Assembly: GCA_963746775.1 (NCBI GenBank)
Contig: CAVVCK010000001.1
Span: forward strand, 83,050-147,049
Reading direction: 5' to 3'
DNA from: an uncultured bacterium
Lineage (GTDB): Bacteria > Patescibacteriota > JABMPQ01 > CAVVCK01
Length of the DNA stretch: 64,000 nucleotides
Shown here piece by piece: positions 16,387 through 26,854 of the stretch. The position numbers and the translations under genes were made by a program. The notes under the pieces are model-generated. The model worked only from the letters and a program-made list of their open reading frames with translations, searched no databases and was not told the DNA's origin. Numbering within the stretch: position 1 is the stretch's first letter; each line of letters begins with the position of its first letter.

Positions 16387-16467
16387 CATTAAAACATTAA
16401 AACACCAGAACTCAAGAACAAAACATTAAATTTTGTTTTAATGTTTTAATATTCTAGTGTTTTTATG
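16387..16467. repeat. Octamer-periodic palindromic intergenic element
   Basis: cattaaaa-cattaaaa-caccagaa ... ttttaatg-ttttaata-ttctagtg-tttttatg. Confidence 0.55.
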
Positions 16468-16468
16468 A

Positions 16469-17884
16469 TTACGGTCTTATATAAACCGGATCACCAACAT
16501 TTGCCCATCCATATAGCCACTGAGCAAATGGTGTTGGCAGATTAACACAACCATGACTCATTGGATGGCCAAAGTTATGATGCCAATAAGTTCCATGTAG
16601 CGAATAAGCCCCATTAAAATACATTACATAAGGGACATTATCTAAATCATAATTATCAGGATTATCAGGACCATAATCCCATTCCATGTCATCACTAACT
16701 AATTTCGTTCTAATAGTATAATCACCGACTGGCGTAGGATGTCTTGATATCCCGGTAGAAACTAGAGATTCATTTACTTTTCGCCCAGCTTTATAAACTT
16801 CAACTTTTTGTTGAGATAAGCTTACCTCAATATATTTATAAACTCCGGCTCGACCCTCCCAAACTCTCCTTTTTGGCATAGTTATCAGCTCATTAGCGCT
16901 ACTTTTATCTACATTTCCACAGGCCACATTAACACCACCACGAAAATCTTCACTATAAGCCATAAAACTTAAAGTCTTAGCCCTTCCCCAAGCCTCAAAA
17001 GTTCTTATTTGCGGACCATAACCATTAGAACCTACCGCTACTTCATCTTCTCCATCTCGATCAATATCACAAGAGGCAATATTTATTCCTTCTTTATGTC
17101 CTTCATCAAAAGCATAAAAATCACCTATTACTCTTTTAGATAAATCTGTTTTATATACTTTTATTTCTGATTTACCAAAAGCAGCTTTAGATACAATAAT
17201 TTCTGATTCTGGGCCACCATCAACATTACCAACTGCAACATTAACACCACCTCTGTAATCTTCTTCAAATGGAAAATAACTTAAACCTGTAAAATTACCT
17301 TTGCCATCATAAACTCTGACATGCGAAGTAGAGTTCATTCCCGAACCAGTAATAATTTCATTTTTACCGTCTCCATTAATATCTCCGGCAGCTACATTGA
17401 CTCCACCTTCAAAATTAGATTCATAAGCTAAAAAATTAGCTAATACTTTTTTGGAAGCATCAGCTTTATAAACTTTAACCCAAGCTTGCCCCTCTGAAGC
17501 TTGAGACATTATAACTTCATCTTTGCCATCACCATCTACATCACCAGCGGCTACGTTAACCCCACCGCGATAATCAGGATGAAAAGGAAACATACTAAAA
17601 CCGGTAAAATTTCCTAAATTATCAAAAACTCTAACTTGAGGTCCACCACCTCGACCCGCACCTACAATTATTTCATCAATACCATCACCATTAATATCAC
17701 CAGTAGCTACACTGCCTCCGCCTTTAAAAGCTGGATCAAAAGCATTAAAATTCTTATCTAAATGCTGATTATCAGTATTAAACACCTTTATTTCCGGAGC
17801 CATATATTCGGCAGCATATGTTATAGGAATTGCTACCAAAAACAAACAAACACTAAAAATTAAAACATAAAGTGATGTTTTCAT
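16469..17884 (-). CDS. Secreted L,D-transpeptidase (YkuD domain) with FG-GAP/VCBS repeats
   Basis: Signal peptide; repeated GGVNVAAGD.DGDG.DEII; C-terminal HGTYWH..FG.PMSHGCVN. Confidence 0.9.
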   Translation of the reverse strand: MKTSLYVLIFSVCLFLVAIPITYAAEYMAPEIKVFNTDNQHLDKNFNAFDPAFKGGGSVATGDINGDGIDEIIVGAGRGGGPQVRVFDNLGNFTGFSMFPFHPDYRGGVNVAAGDVDGDGKDEVIMSQASEGQAWVKVYKADASKKVLANFLAYESNFEGGVNVAAGDINGDGKNEIITGSGMNSTSHVRVYDGKGNFTGLSYFPFEEDYRGGVNVAVGNVDGGPESEIIVSKAAFGKSEIKVYKTDLSKRVIGDFYAFDEGHKEGINIASCDIDRDGEDEVAVGSNGYGPQIRTFEAWGRAKTLSFMAYSEDFRGGVNVACGNVDKSSANELITMPKRRVWEGRAGVYKYIEVSLSQQKVEVYKAGRKVNESLVSTGISRHPTPVGDYTIRTKLVSDDMEWDYGPDNPDNYDLDNVPYVMYFNGAYSLHGTYWHHNFGHPMSHGCVNLPTPFAQWLYGWANVGDPVYIRP

Positions 17885-17918
17885 ATTTCTTATTTTTTAT
17901 TTTATAATTTTCGCTTAT

Positions 17919-17947
17919 ATTATAGATAATATTTATTTTTAGGTCAA
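17919..17947 (-). promoter_or_regulatory. Putative sigma70 promoter of the L,D-transpeptidase gene
   Basis: TTGACC-N17-TATAAT on the minus strand. Confidence 0.55.
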
Positions 17948-17954
17948 AGGATTT

Positions 17955-19367
17955 TTAGTCTATAATAGTAAAATCTATTTTTTTCTTTTTTAGATATAAA
18001 TTTATTTCTTTTTTAAGTCTTTCTTTACTTTTAGTACTTCTTATTTCAACAGTAAAATAATTCTTAGAGATAGCACTACAAACGTCTTCTTGCATATTTT
18101 TAGTAATAATTCCAGCTCCTACTGTATTATTACTTATCTCATCAATTAAGATAAAACTTCCTGTATTTCTATTATCTTTATATAAATCAAACATTAACAT
18201 ACTAATAGCTTTAATTTTCAATCTACCAATTTCATTCATTTTCAACTGATCAGTTTTCTTTCGATGAAAAGTATTAATATCAATTAGATAATCCAAAGAA
18301 TTAATATGACATCTAGTAGTTTTACTAGTATGTTTTAAAAGATAACTCTTTTTAGTTTTTAAAGGCTCGTCACTAAACCAACAAACCATTGTTTCAAAAT
18401 TATTATTAATCCTAGGGCGATTATTAACTCGGACAATCATATCACCACGACTCATATCAACTTGGTCTTCTAAAGTAATAGTTATTGATTGGGGACAAAA
18501 TGCTTCCTCTTGCTTTTTGTCATTATAATATATATCTTTTATTTTTGTTTTTTGACAGGAAGGAAGTAAGATAACTTCTTCTCCAGATTTAATTATCCCT
18601 CCCTCTATAATCCCAGCATAACCACGAATTCCTTTGATAGGTTCTGTAACATATTGGATAGGAAATCTAAAATCAATCATGTTTCGATCAGAATTTATTT
18701 GAATATTTTCCAAATAATCATAAAGAGTGCGGCCATCATACCAATTCATTTTCTTGCCTCTATTTACCACCATGTCTCCTTTCAAAGCTGACATGGGTAT
18801 GAATTGAATATCGGGCAACTTTAACCGGGAAGAGAACTTTTCTACTTCTTCTATTACTTCATAAAATCTTTTTTCTTTAAACTTTACCAAATCCATTTTA
18901 TTGATTGCTACCAAAATATGAGGTATGCCCAAAAGAGAAGCTATAAATAAATGCCTTTTTGTTTGACACAAAATTCCCTTACTAGCATCAACTAAAACAA
19001 TAGCTAGATTAGCATTGGAAGCGCCAGTTATCATATTGCGCGTATACTGCTCATGACCAGGCACATCAGCAATCACAAATCTTCTAGACTTCGTAGCAAA
19101 GTATCTATAAGCTACATCAATGGTAATTTTTTGCTCCCGCTCCGAAGCTAACCCATCGGTCAAAAGAGAAAGGTCAATATTTTTATCTCCTCGCGATTCA
19201 CTAGTTTTCTTTATGGATAAAAGTTGGTCCTCATAAATATCATTGCAATCAAAAAGCATACGACCCAATAAGGTTGATTTACCATCATCTACACTGCCAG
19301 CAATTACTAACTTGATTAATTCTGTGTCTTTAATTTTTTTTAAATCAAATTTTCTATTGGCCATCAT
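17955..19367 (-). CDS. cysN: Sulfate adenylyltransferase subunit 1 (GTPase)
   Basis: GSVDDGKSTLLGR, EREQKITIDVAYRYF, D.PGHEQYTRNM.TGAS, NKMD, TGSFILID. Confidence 0.93.
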   Translation of the reverse strand: MMANRKFDLKKIKDTELIKLVIAGSVDDGKSTLLGRMLFDCNDIYEDQLLSIKKTSESRGDKNIDLSLLTDGLASEREQKITIDVAYRYFATKSRRFVIADVPGHEQYTRNMITGASNANLAIVLVDASKGILCQTKRHLFIASLLGIPHILVAINKMDLVKFKEKRFYEVIEEVEKFSSRLKLPDIQFIPMSALKGDMVVNRGKKMNWYDGRTLYDYLENIQINSDRNMIDFRFPIQYVTEPIKGIRGYAGIIEGGIIKSGEEVILLPSCQKTKIKDIYYNDKKQEEAFCPQSITITLEDQVDMSRGDMIVRVNNRPRINNNFETMVCWFSDEPLKTKKSYLLKHTSKTTRCHINSLDYLIDINTFHRKKTDQLKMNEIGRLKIKAISMLMFDLYKDNRNTGSFILIDEISNNTVGAGIITKNMQEDVCSAISKNYFTVEIRSTKSKERLKKEINLYLKKKKIDFTIID

Positions 19368-19373
19368 TTTATT

Positions 19374-20279
19374 TTAAAAATACCCTTCCTTCTTCTTGTC
19401 TTCCATAGCACTATCCGAACCTAGATCTATCGCCCTAGTTACTCTTTCTGAATATTTAGTTTTCAATAATTCATAAATTATATCATCAACATTGCGAGCA
19501 TCAGAAGGTACAACGCCAGTTGAAGGTGAACAGCCCAGTGTTCGATAACGGCATGTCATTCTTTTGACTTTCTCTCCCGATTTAGCTTTTACAAATTCAT
19601 CAAGTCTCAGATAAATACCGTTTCTTTTTATAACTTCCCATTTCTTAGCAAAATATAAAGGTACTACTTCTATTTTTTCTAATTTTATATAGAACCAAAT
19701 ATCTATTTCTCGCCAATTAGACAAAGGAAAAACTCTCATAGATTCACCCTCATCCAATTTGCAATTATAGGTATGCCATAATTCTGGCCGTTGATTTTTT
19801 GGATCCCAAGCATTTTCTCTATTACGATGAGAGAATATTCTCTCTTTAGCCCGAGCCTTTTCCTCTTCACGACGAGATCCGCCCACAGCAGCATCAAATT
19901 TGTATTTTTTCAAGGCCTCCACTAAGGGTTTTGTTTTTTTATAATAGATGTATCTATCTGTATGAGCTTCTTCTGGTTTCATTTCGCGAGCAATTTTTTC
20001 TTTATTTTGATGAACAATTAATTTAGCACCTATCTTCTTGGTGTAATAATCACGAAATTCTATCATTTCCTTGAATTTATAGCCAGTATTAACATGCAAT
20101 AAGGGAAAAGGTATCTTACCAGGATAAAAAGCTTTTTCAGCTAATCTTAACAATACTGAAGAATCCTTGCCAATCGAATAAAGCATTACAGGATTTTTAA
20201 ACTCTGCTGCCATCTCCCGAATAATATGGATACTTTCCGACTCTAGCTGTTCTAAATAATTTAGATTATAGTTTTTCAT
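19374..20279 (-). CDS. cysD: Sulfate adenylyltransferase subunit 2
   Basis: LESESIHIIRE, YSIGKDSSV, RREEEKARAKERIFS, WDPKNQRPELW, RYRTLGC, MEDKKKEGYF. Confidence 0.96.
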   Translation of the reverse strand: MKNYNLNYLEQLESESIHIIREMAAEFKNPVMLYSIGKDSSVLLRLAEKAFYPGKIPFPLLHVNTGYKFKEMIEFRDYYTKKIGAKLIVHQNKEKIAREMKPEEAHTDRYIYYKKTKPLVEALKKYKFDAAVGGSRREEEKARAKERIFSHRNRENAWDPKNQRPELWHTYNCKLDEGESMRVFPLSNWREIDIWFYIKLEKIEVVPLYFAKKWEVIKRNGIYLRLDEFVKAKSGEKVKRMTCRYRTLGCSPSTGVVPSDARNVDDIIYELLKTKYSERVTRAIDLGSDSAMEDKKKEGYF

Positions 20280-20330
20280 TATTTATGAATTAAATCAGAA
20301 ATTTTAATCTTTCAAGTAAGTATAAACAAT

Positions 20331-20879
20331 TCAATTCAATAAATCCATCTTAAAATATCTCCAAAACCACAAAACAAACATAAATCCAAAAATGACAAAC
20401 AAAGCTTCGTCCATAAATGAATTGCTTTTAATGGCTATAGCTCTCGGCAACAATCTAAAATTCTTTTTCCAGGGATAAAATATCTCTACTCCCGCTTTAG
20501 TCAGCATATCCGATATTAGATGACTTAGAAAACCCAGAGAAAAATATATAAAAAATATTGGCTCCCCAAAATAATTGCTGACTAAATAAGCAATAAATGA
20601 AAATCCAGCTAATCCTAATAAAGAATGCAGAGCACCTCGATGCCCAAAAGTTTTATTAAAAATAAAACCTAGAACTTCAAAAGGTTTAATCAAAGATAGT
20701 AAGCCTTTCTTTTTAAATAATTTCAAATTTTTAATTTTAGATTCTGAGGCATCGAGGTCAGGAAATAAAGCCCCAAAAGCAGCGATAATTATTCCAAAAG
20801 GATTAAAAGGAAGACTGAGGATAGTAAATCCGAAAATAGTAAAGGTTAATCCAAAGGTTATGTGAGTGCGCCAGGTCAT
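20331..20879 (-). CDS. YdjM-family membrane metal-dependent hydrolase
   Basis: TH, PDLD, HRGALHS, SHLISD.LT..G motifs; start at MTWRTH gives an ATGA overlap with the secA stop. Confidence 0.85.
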   Translation of the reverse strand: MTWRTHITFGLTFTIFGFTILSLPFNPFGIIIAAFGALFPDLDASESKIKNLKLFKKKGLLSLIKPFEVLGFIFNKTFGHRGALHSLLGLAGFSFIAYLVSNYFGEPIFFIYFSLGFLSHLISDMLTKAGVEIFYPWKKNFRLLPRAIAIKSNSFMDEALFVIFGFMFVLWFWRYFKMDLLN

Positions 20880-23668
20880 ATATTTTTCCCATGACACTTC
20901 TTATACTTCTTCCCCGACCCGCAAGGGCAAGGATCATTTCTACCTACTTTATCACTTTTTATCGGCTTGGCCTTACTTTCTTCGCCGCCCTTTTTTGATC
21001 CAGAAAAATTCATATTTTTATTTTCCATAGGTGATTTTCGCTTAACCATTACACCTACTTTATAGATAGAGTAAACTACTTGTTTTCTAATTCCTTCTAA
21101 TAATTGTTGAAAATATTGAAAAGCTTCTCTTTTATATTCTACCAAGGGATCTCTTTGTCCATAGCCGCGAAGCCCTATGCCTTCCCGCAAATGATCCAAT
21201 ACTTCCAAATGATCAATCCATAGAGTATCAATGCTGCGCAATAAAACTGCTCGCTCAATTTGTCTCAAAATTGGCGGCGTTACTTCTTTTTCTTTTTCCT
21301 CGTATTTTTGTTTAGCTAAATCAACTAAATATTCTATAACCTTAGTTCTAGTACCAGCTCCATTCTGCAAATCTTCGGTATTGCTTTTTATTTCTTCTAA
21401 CTTGATGCGCAAATCATCCGCTACTGGAAATATAGTTTTAATAGTTTCAAATACTTCTTCAGTATTAAATTTATGCTCCTTATCTTCAGCGGCATGATGA
21501 GAAACAACACTTTCAATTTCTTCCTCAATTAATTCTAATAAATTTTGTTTTAAAGTTTTATTTATCTTCAATGTTTCTTCACCTTTCAGTGTTTCAGTAT
21601 TTATCTTCTGTGTTGTCTGTGTATTTTCTGTGTTTTCAGTGATCCTTTGTCTACTATTATCCTCTAACTTACGTTTTTCTACTTCCCAGGCTTCTAAAAT
21701 CTGCTTACGTCTTTTATAAATTACCTCTCTGTGTTTATTCATCACATCATCGTATTGCAAAACATGCTTTCTCATATCAAAATGGTTAGTCTCCACTTTG
21801 CTCTGAGCTGACTCTAATTGATGAGTTATAATTCTATTTTCAATCGGTTGATCTTCTGGAAATTTAAAAGTATCCATAAGCGCTTTCGCTCGATCAGATC
21901 CAAAAAGCCGCATTAAATCATCTTCCATAGATACAAAAAATTGTGAAGATCCCGGATCACCCTGCCTGCCAGCACGACCGCGAAGTTGATTATCAATACG
22001 ACGCGCTTCATGGCGCTCAGTACCAATCACACAAAGACCACCTAAATTTTTAATTTGTTCTGCCTGTTTTGAATCTGGCGGATTACCTCCTAATATAATA
22101 TCGACACCTCTCCCTGCCATATTCGTAGCGCAAGTTACTGCACCCAAAGATCCTGCTTGCGCTAATATTTCCGCTTCCTTTTCATGATTCTTGGCATTTA
22201 GCAATTTATGTTCAATTCCTTCACGTGATAATAGTTCGCTTAATCTTTCATTTTTTTCAATTGAAACCGTACCTATTAATACTGGCTGACCTTTTTCGTG
22301 TCTCTCTTTTACTTCGCGAGCAATAGCTTTGAATTTTCCTAATTCTGATTTAAAAACCTTATCATTCTTATCCTCACGAATCATTGGTTTGTTCGTCGGT
22401 ATTTTTACTACATCTAATCCATAAACATTTTGAAACTCATCACTGGAAGTTGCTGCTGTTCCTGTCATACCAGCTAATTTTTTATACATTCTAAAATAGT
22501 TTTGAAAAGTAATAGTAGCCATAGTTCTGCTTTCTCGCTTTACCTCCACTCCTTCCTTAGCTTCTATCGCCTGATGTAAGCCTTCTGAATATCTTCTGCC
22601 TGGCATCAACCTTCCCGTAAATTCATCAACTATGATCACCTCACCCTCTTTGACTACATAATCACGATCACGTAAAAATAAAGTATGCGCTTTTAGAGCT
22701 TGTTCAATATGATGCACTGTTTGAATTCCACCTTCTTCGTATATATTCTTAACATTTAAAATATTCTCAATTTTAGTAATACCTTCCTCGGTTAATGTCG
22801 CTGCTTTCATTTTCTCATCCACATTGTAATCAATATTTTCTTTGAGACGAGGAATTAAGCTAGCAAATTGTCTATATTTATCAGTTGATTCTTCTGCCGG
22901 TGCTGAAATAATTAATGGCGTCCTAGCTTCATCTATTAAAATACTATCTACTTCATCTATTATGGCAAAACTCAAATCTCTTTGCACCATTTGTTCAAGA
23001 TTGCCCACCATATTATCTTTTAAATAATCAAACCCGAACTCATTATTTGTTCCATAGGTAATATCGGCTTGATAGGCTTCCTTGCGAGTAACTGGCCTTA
23101 GGAAATCATCAAAAACTTTAAAATTTCCTAGCTTATCTCTCTCCTCATCAGTTTGTTCAGCTGACTTAAATTCTGGATCATACAAAAAAGCTGTATCATG
23201 TTGAATAGTTCCTACACTTAATCCTAAAGCATGATATATTTGCCCCATCCAAGCAGCGTCACGTCTGGATAGATAATCGTTAACTGTTACTAAATGACAA
23301 CCCTTGCCAGAAAGTGCGTTTAAATATAGAGGTAATGTAGCCACCAGAGTTTTACCCTCACCGGTTCTCATTTCCGAAATTCTACCTTGATGCAAAACTA
23401 TACCACCTAATATTTGCACATCGTAATGGCGCATCTTTGTAGTTCTTTTGGATACTTCTCGTACACAGGCATATGCTTCTGGCATAATATCATCTAACTT
23501 TTCACCCTTTTCTAATCTTTCCCTAAATTCTCGTGTTTTATCCTTTAATTTTTCATCATTAAGCTTAGAAATTTCCGATTCAAAAGAATTCACCTTATCA
23601 ACCAAAGGGTATAATTGCTTTAATTCCTTTTCATTAGGATCACCGAATATTTTGTTAAATAAAGACAT
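20876..23668 (-). CDS. secA: Preprotein translocase ATPase SecA
   Basis: [41 protein letters not shown]-terminal SEC-C motif [13 protein letters not shown]. Confidence 0.98.
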   Translation of the reverse strand: MSLFNKIFGDPNEKELKQLYPLVDKVNSFESEISKLNDEKLKDKTREFRERLEKGEKLDDIMPEAYACVREVSKRTTKMRHYDVQILGGIVLHQGRISEMRTGEGKTLVATLPLYLNALSGKGCHLVTVNDYLSRRDAAWMGQIYHALGLSVGTIQHDTAFLYDPEFKSAEQTDEERDKLGNFKVFDDFLRPVTRKEAYQADITYGTNNEFGFDYLKDNMVGNLEQMVQRDLSFAIIDEVDSILIDEARTPLIISAPAEESTDKYRQFASLIPRLKENIDYNVDEKMKAATLTEEGITKIENILNVKNIYEEGGIQTVHHIEQALKAHTLFLRDRDYVVKEGEVIIVDEFTGRLMPGRRYSEGLHQAIEAKEGVEVKRESRTMATITFQNYFRMYKKLAGMTGTAATSSDEFQNVYGLDVVKIPTNKPMIREDKNDKVFKSELGKFKAIAREVKERHEKGQPVLIGTVSIEKNERLSELLSREGIEHKLLNAKNHEKEAEILAQAGSLGAVTCATNMAGRGVDIILGGNPPDSKQAEQIKNLGGLCVIGTERHEARRIDNQLRGRAGRQGDPGSSQFFVSMEDDLMRLFGSDRAKALMDTFKFPEDQPIENRIITHQLESAQSKVETNHFDMRKHVLQYDDVMNKHREVIYKRRKQILEAWEVEKRKLEDNSRQRITENTENTQTTQKINTETLKGEETLKINKTLKQNLLELIEEEIESVVSHHAAEDKEHKFNTEEVFETIKTIFPVADDLRIKLEEIKSNTEDLQNGAGTRTKVIEYLVDLAKQKYEEKEKEVTPPILRQIERAVLLRSIDTLWIDHLEVLDHLREGIGLRGYGQRDPLVEYKREAFQYFQQLLEGIRKQVVYSIYKVGVMVKRKSPMENKNMNFSGSKKGGEESKAKPIKSDKVGRNDPCPCGSGKKYKKCHGKNI

Positions 23669-23769
23669 ATGTTATTTTAAATATTAAAACTATACCACCT
23701 ATTATACGTGATTTTTGTCTTTTTCTATTCTAGTACAATAAATATTAAATTAAAAGGGGTTAAAATAAT

Positions 23770-23795
23770 TGTCGTAGGGAACATCCCCTACGACA
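23770..23795. repeat. GTAG-type REP-like hairpin / possible terminator
   Basis: tgtcgtaggg-aacatc-ccctacgaca, perfect 10-bp stem just downstream of the helicase stop. Confidence 0.5.
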
Positions 23796-23803
23796 CAATT
23801 TTG

Positions 23804-25072
23804 TTATATTTCTCTTTTCTTCTTCTTACCCTCCAACCGTTTCGATAAAATTCTAAATTCCCTATCTTTTTCAGCTACCTGCGGATTTACTTGTAAAGAT
23901 AATTGATTAATTCCTATTAAACGAATACCGTCCAAAGTTTTTACTCTGGATAGTGCTACATAGCCCATGCCACACTCAAACGATTTAGATAAATCAATTT
24001 CAGCTACCTCTAGACCCATACCCTGACTTTTGTGAACTGTAATTGCCCAAGCTAATCGCAGAGGTATTTGTTTAATACTAGCAATAACCTCGTCATCTTC
24101 TCCAATACTCCAGTTGCTAGGTTCAGCAATAATTTCTGCTCCATTCTTAGTTTTTACAACTGGATAATCATGTTCTTCATCGAAACCAATAACCTTGCCT
24201 AAAGTACCATTAACATAGCCATCTGCAAAGTTATTTTTTATAAACATTACTACCGCCCCAATTTTTAATTTTAAATCTTCTGGCGACAAACAACTTTTTT
24301 TCAAAACTTTAACTAAATCCGGAGATCCATGCTCAATCATATGATAAACTTTTTCTTCTTCATCAATGCAAGATAGTTCATAATCATTAATAGCCTCGAC
24401 ATCAACATTGTGAGTGTAGAGCTTAGTTGGCTTAATAGAACAATCTACTGGTTTATATAATCGTGTCTTAAGTAACTCAAGCTCTGCCTGTCCTGCTTTA
24501 TTTTTTCTAATTTTATTCAAAATACCTGTAAATTTTATATCATTTTGCCTAAACTGTTTTTCTAAATAACAAATCTTTATCTCTGAATGTTGCCAAGCAA
24601 AAGAATCATAAGCAAATTGCGCCACTTTCTCCCTATCAATTGGTGGAAGCTGAAAAAAATCTCCGCACATCACTATTTGCATTCCTCCAAAAGCTCGAAA
24701 AGGATCCTTAGCTGCCTTACAAATTTTATTTATTAAATTAAGCCGATCGGCATCTATCATCGATATCTCATCAATAATCAAAACGCTTGTCTCTTTTATT
24801 CTTTCTCTTAACTCATAATTTTTAATTAACTTCCTCACTGCCTTATCATCCATATAATTTTCAATACCCATCCCTACCCAAGAATGAATTGTCCGACCGC
24901 CAAGGTGAGTAGCCGCAATTCCGGTAGAAGCAGTCACGCCAACTTTTATTTCTTTTTTTTCTAAATATTTTATAAATTTATTCAACAAAAAAGTCTTACC
25001 AGTTCCAGCTGAACCAGTTAAAAAAACATTATGACCTGATTTGAGAATTTTTAGGGCTTGCGCCTGAGTCAT
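23804..25072 (-). CDS. PIF1-family SF1B DNA helicase
   Basis: TGSAGTGKT, ASTGIAA, TIHSW, IIDEISM, GDFFQLPP, QIPLRLAWAITVHKSQG, YVALSRV. Confidence 0.92.
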   Translation of the reverse strand: MTQAQALKILKSGHNVFLTGSAGTGKTFLLNKFIKYLEKKEIKVGVTASTGIAATHLGGRTIHSWVGMGIENYMDDKAVRKLIKNYELRERIKETSVLIIDEISMIDADRLNLINKICKAAKDPFRAFGGMQIVMCGDFFQLPPIDREKVAQFAYDSFAWQHSEIKICYLEKQFRQNDIKFTGILNKIRKNKAGQAELELLKTRLYKPVDCSIKPTKLYTHNVDVEAINDYELSCIDEEEKVYHMIEHGSPDLVKVLKKSCLSPEDLKLKIGAVVMFIKNNFADGYVNGTLGKVIGFDEEHDYPVVKTKNGAEIIAEPSNWSIGEDDEVIASIKQIPLRLAWAITVHKSQGMGLEVAEIDLSKSFECGMGYVALSRVKTLDGIRLIGINQLSLQVNPQVAEKDREFRILSKRLEGKKKKREI

Positions 25073-25153
25073 GAAGTCAAATTATAATAAGGCCAATTGT
25101 TTGTCTCTCGTAAAATTTACAAACATTAGTTTTCCTAATTTTTCTTGTAATTA

Positions 25154-26227
25154 TTAATTTCTCCCCTCATTCGCTTTATACATCATCAAATAAGTCCCAT
25201 TGGATAATTCTACTACCGAAGGATCAGCTGTTATTACCCCTATCTTGGATTGAAAATGACCGTCAGTTTTGGTAAAATTAACACCATCTTTTGAAGTAGC
25301 TATATCAATACCGGCCGTATATAAATAATAAGTTCCATCTTTATAAAAAACATCAGGCACTGCTCCACCGGAAAAGGCTACGCCTTCATAAGTAAAATTC
25401 AAACCATCACTAGATGTTGCTAAAACAGTTGAGCTATTTTCAACGCTGCCAGTATATAATTTCCAAGCATCACCAACTTTAATAACGTCAGGATCAAGCG
25501 TCCCTGGATTAGAAAATCTTACTCCCTCTTCTTCTATAAAATTCATACCATCTTCTGATACCGCTGAATATATCTTGAAATTTGCTTTGGGATTTTTATC
25601 TCCATTAATATCAAAATAATATAGCCTTATCCGGCCATCCTCTAATAAATATGGAGATGGATCAACAGCTACTTTTGTTCCTAAGCCTTTTATATAAACA
25701 GTCACTGGACTGCTCCATGATTGGCCATCGTCGCTGGACATAATTATATCTAACTTTTCCGGATAGCATTCTTGGCTGACATCAACATAATAAACATAGA
25801 TAGTATCATCTTTTATAATTGCTCCTGGCACTGAAGCATGTTCAGCTAATACTTGTTCAGAGTCTGTCCAATTTATTAAATCAGAACTCAGAGCATAGGA
25901 AATTTTATCACGATAAGGTCCTTCTTTCATAGCAGACCAGCTGTATTGTTGACAGTTTTTTTGCTGTTCTCTTATTCTTTCACCTTCTTCCCTATCCGCT
26001 TCAATATCAATAAAAGCAGGTTCTTCTGTAACCTCAGCAGAATCAGTGTTATCTGTTACGGGCTCATCAGAAGTAGTTTCATCTCCAGAATCAGTATTTT
26101 TTTGTTCTTGTTCTTGAACCTGATTTTCTACAGGTTGGTTAGAATCGGATTCTTTTTTTTGGCAGCCTCCGCCTATAAGCACAAAGGCTAAGATGAAAAT
26201 TGCCAGGAGAGTGATCTTTTTTTTCAT
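25154..26227 (-). CDS. Lipoprotein with beta-propeller (glycoside-hydrolase-like, Asp-box repeats)
   Basis: LIGGGC signal; repeated S.DG..F/W and DP.V blade motifs. Confidence 0.65.
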   Translation of the reverse strand: MKKKITLLAIFILAFVLIGGGCQKKESDSNQPVENQVQEQEQKNTDSGDETTSDEPVTDNTDSAEVTEEPAFIDIEADREEGERIREQQKNCQQYSWSAMKEGPYRDKISYALSSDLINWTDSEQVLAEHASVPGAIIKDDTIYVYYVDVSQECYPEKLDIIMSSDDGQSWSSPVTVYIKGLGTKVAVDPSPYLLEDGRIRLYYFDINGDKNPKANFKIYSAVSEDGMNFIEEEGVRFSNPGTLDPDVIKVGDAWKLYTGSVENSSTVLATSSDGLNFTYEGVAFSGGAVPDVFYKDGTYYLYTAGIDIATSKDGVNFTKTDGHFQSKIGVITADPSVVELSNGTYLMMYKANEGRN

Positions 26228-26300
26228 AATTTTATTTTTTAAATTATTATTATCTTTCCATTTTCTCTATTCTCACAAAATTATGCCTTTCGGTCAAATA

Positions 26301-26328
26301 AAAATATCTCTTTTTATAGAGATATTTT
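26301..26328 (-). terminator. Putative intrinsic terminator after raiA
   Basis: aaaatatctc-tttttata-gagatatttt. Confidence 0.5.
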
Positions 26329-26341
26329 GATGTTTAATTTA

Positions 26342-26677
26342 TTATTTCTGTAATTCTCTAACTCCCTTCACACTTTTCCTGTTCTTATATTTCCCCTTAT
26401 ATTTTTCAATCTGCTTTTTCAACCTTGGCATAATCATGTCTATAGCTTGTTCTAAACTTTCACCTTTCTTATGAGCCATTAATTTCCCCTTAGGCAAATC
26501 CACCATTACCTCACACCAAAATTTTGGTCCAGAGTTCATACTTTTATCTTCCTGTAACTCTATTTTAACTTCTCCAACGTTATCTAAATATTTTTCTATT
26601 TTACCTATTTTTTCCCGAGCATAATCTTTTATTTTATCATTTAAATCTACTGATTTAGTATAGAACGATATTTTCAT
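26342..26677 (-). CDS. raiA: Ribosome-associated inhibitor / hibernation factor (short RaiA/HPF)
   Basis: L...IKDYA.EKI.KI.KYL ... AID.....L.KQI.KYK pattern; ATG at 26677. Confidence 0.85.
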   Translation of the reverse strand: MKISFYTKSVDLNDKIKDYAREKIGKIEKYLDNVGEVKIELQEDKSMNSGPKFWCEVMVDLPKGKLMAHKKGESLEQAIDMIMPRLKKQIEKYKGKYKNRKSVKGVRELQK

Positions 26678-26752
26678 ATATTTTATGTTAATTATTAAGC
26701 TTTTCAATTAAATTTTAGCAAAAATCAAAGGATTTATCAAAAGAAAAGAGCT

Positions 26753-26833
26753 CTAACGAAAGCTTATCTGTAAATGATTACTGACTAAAGAAAATTAATA
26801 CTTTTATTACTAACTTTCTTAAGCTTTCGTTAG
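26753..26833 (-). other. Candidate structured RNA (three-way junction) between murG-murC and raiA
   Basis: Perfect 14-bp outer stem; inner stem that pairs fully only on the minus strand, via two G-U wobbles. Confidence 0.4.
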
Positions 26834-26854
26834 TACTTTTTAATACGTAGAATA

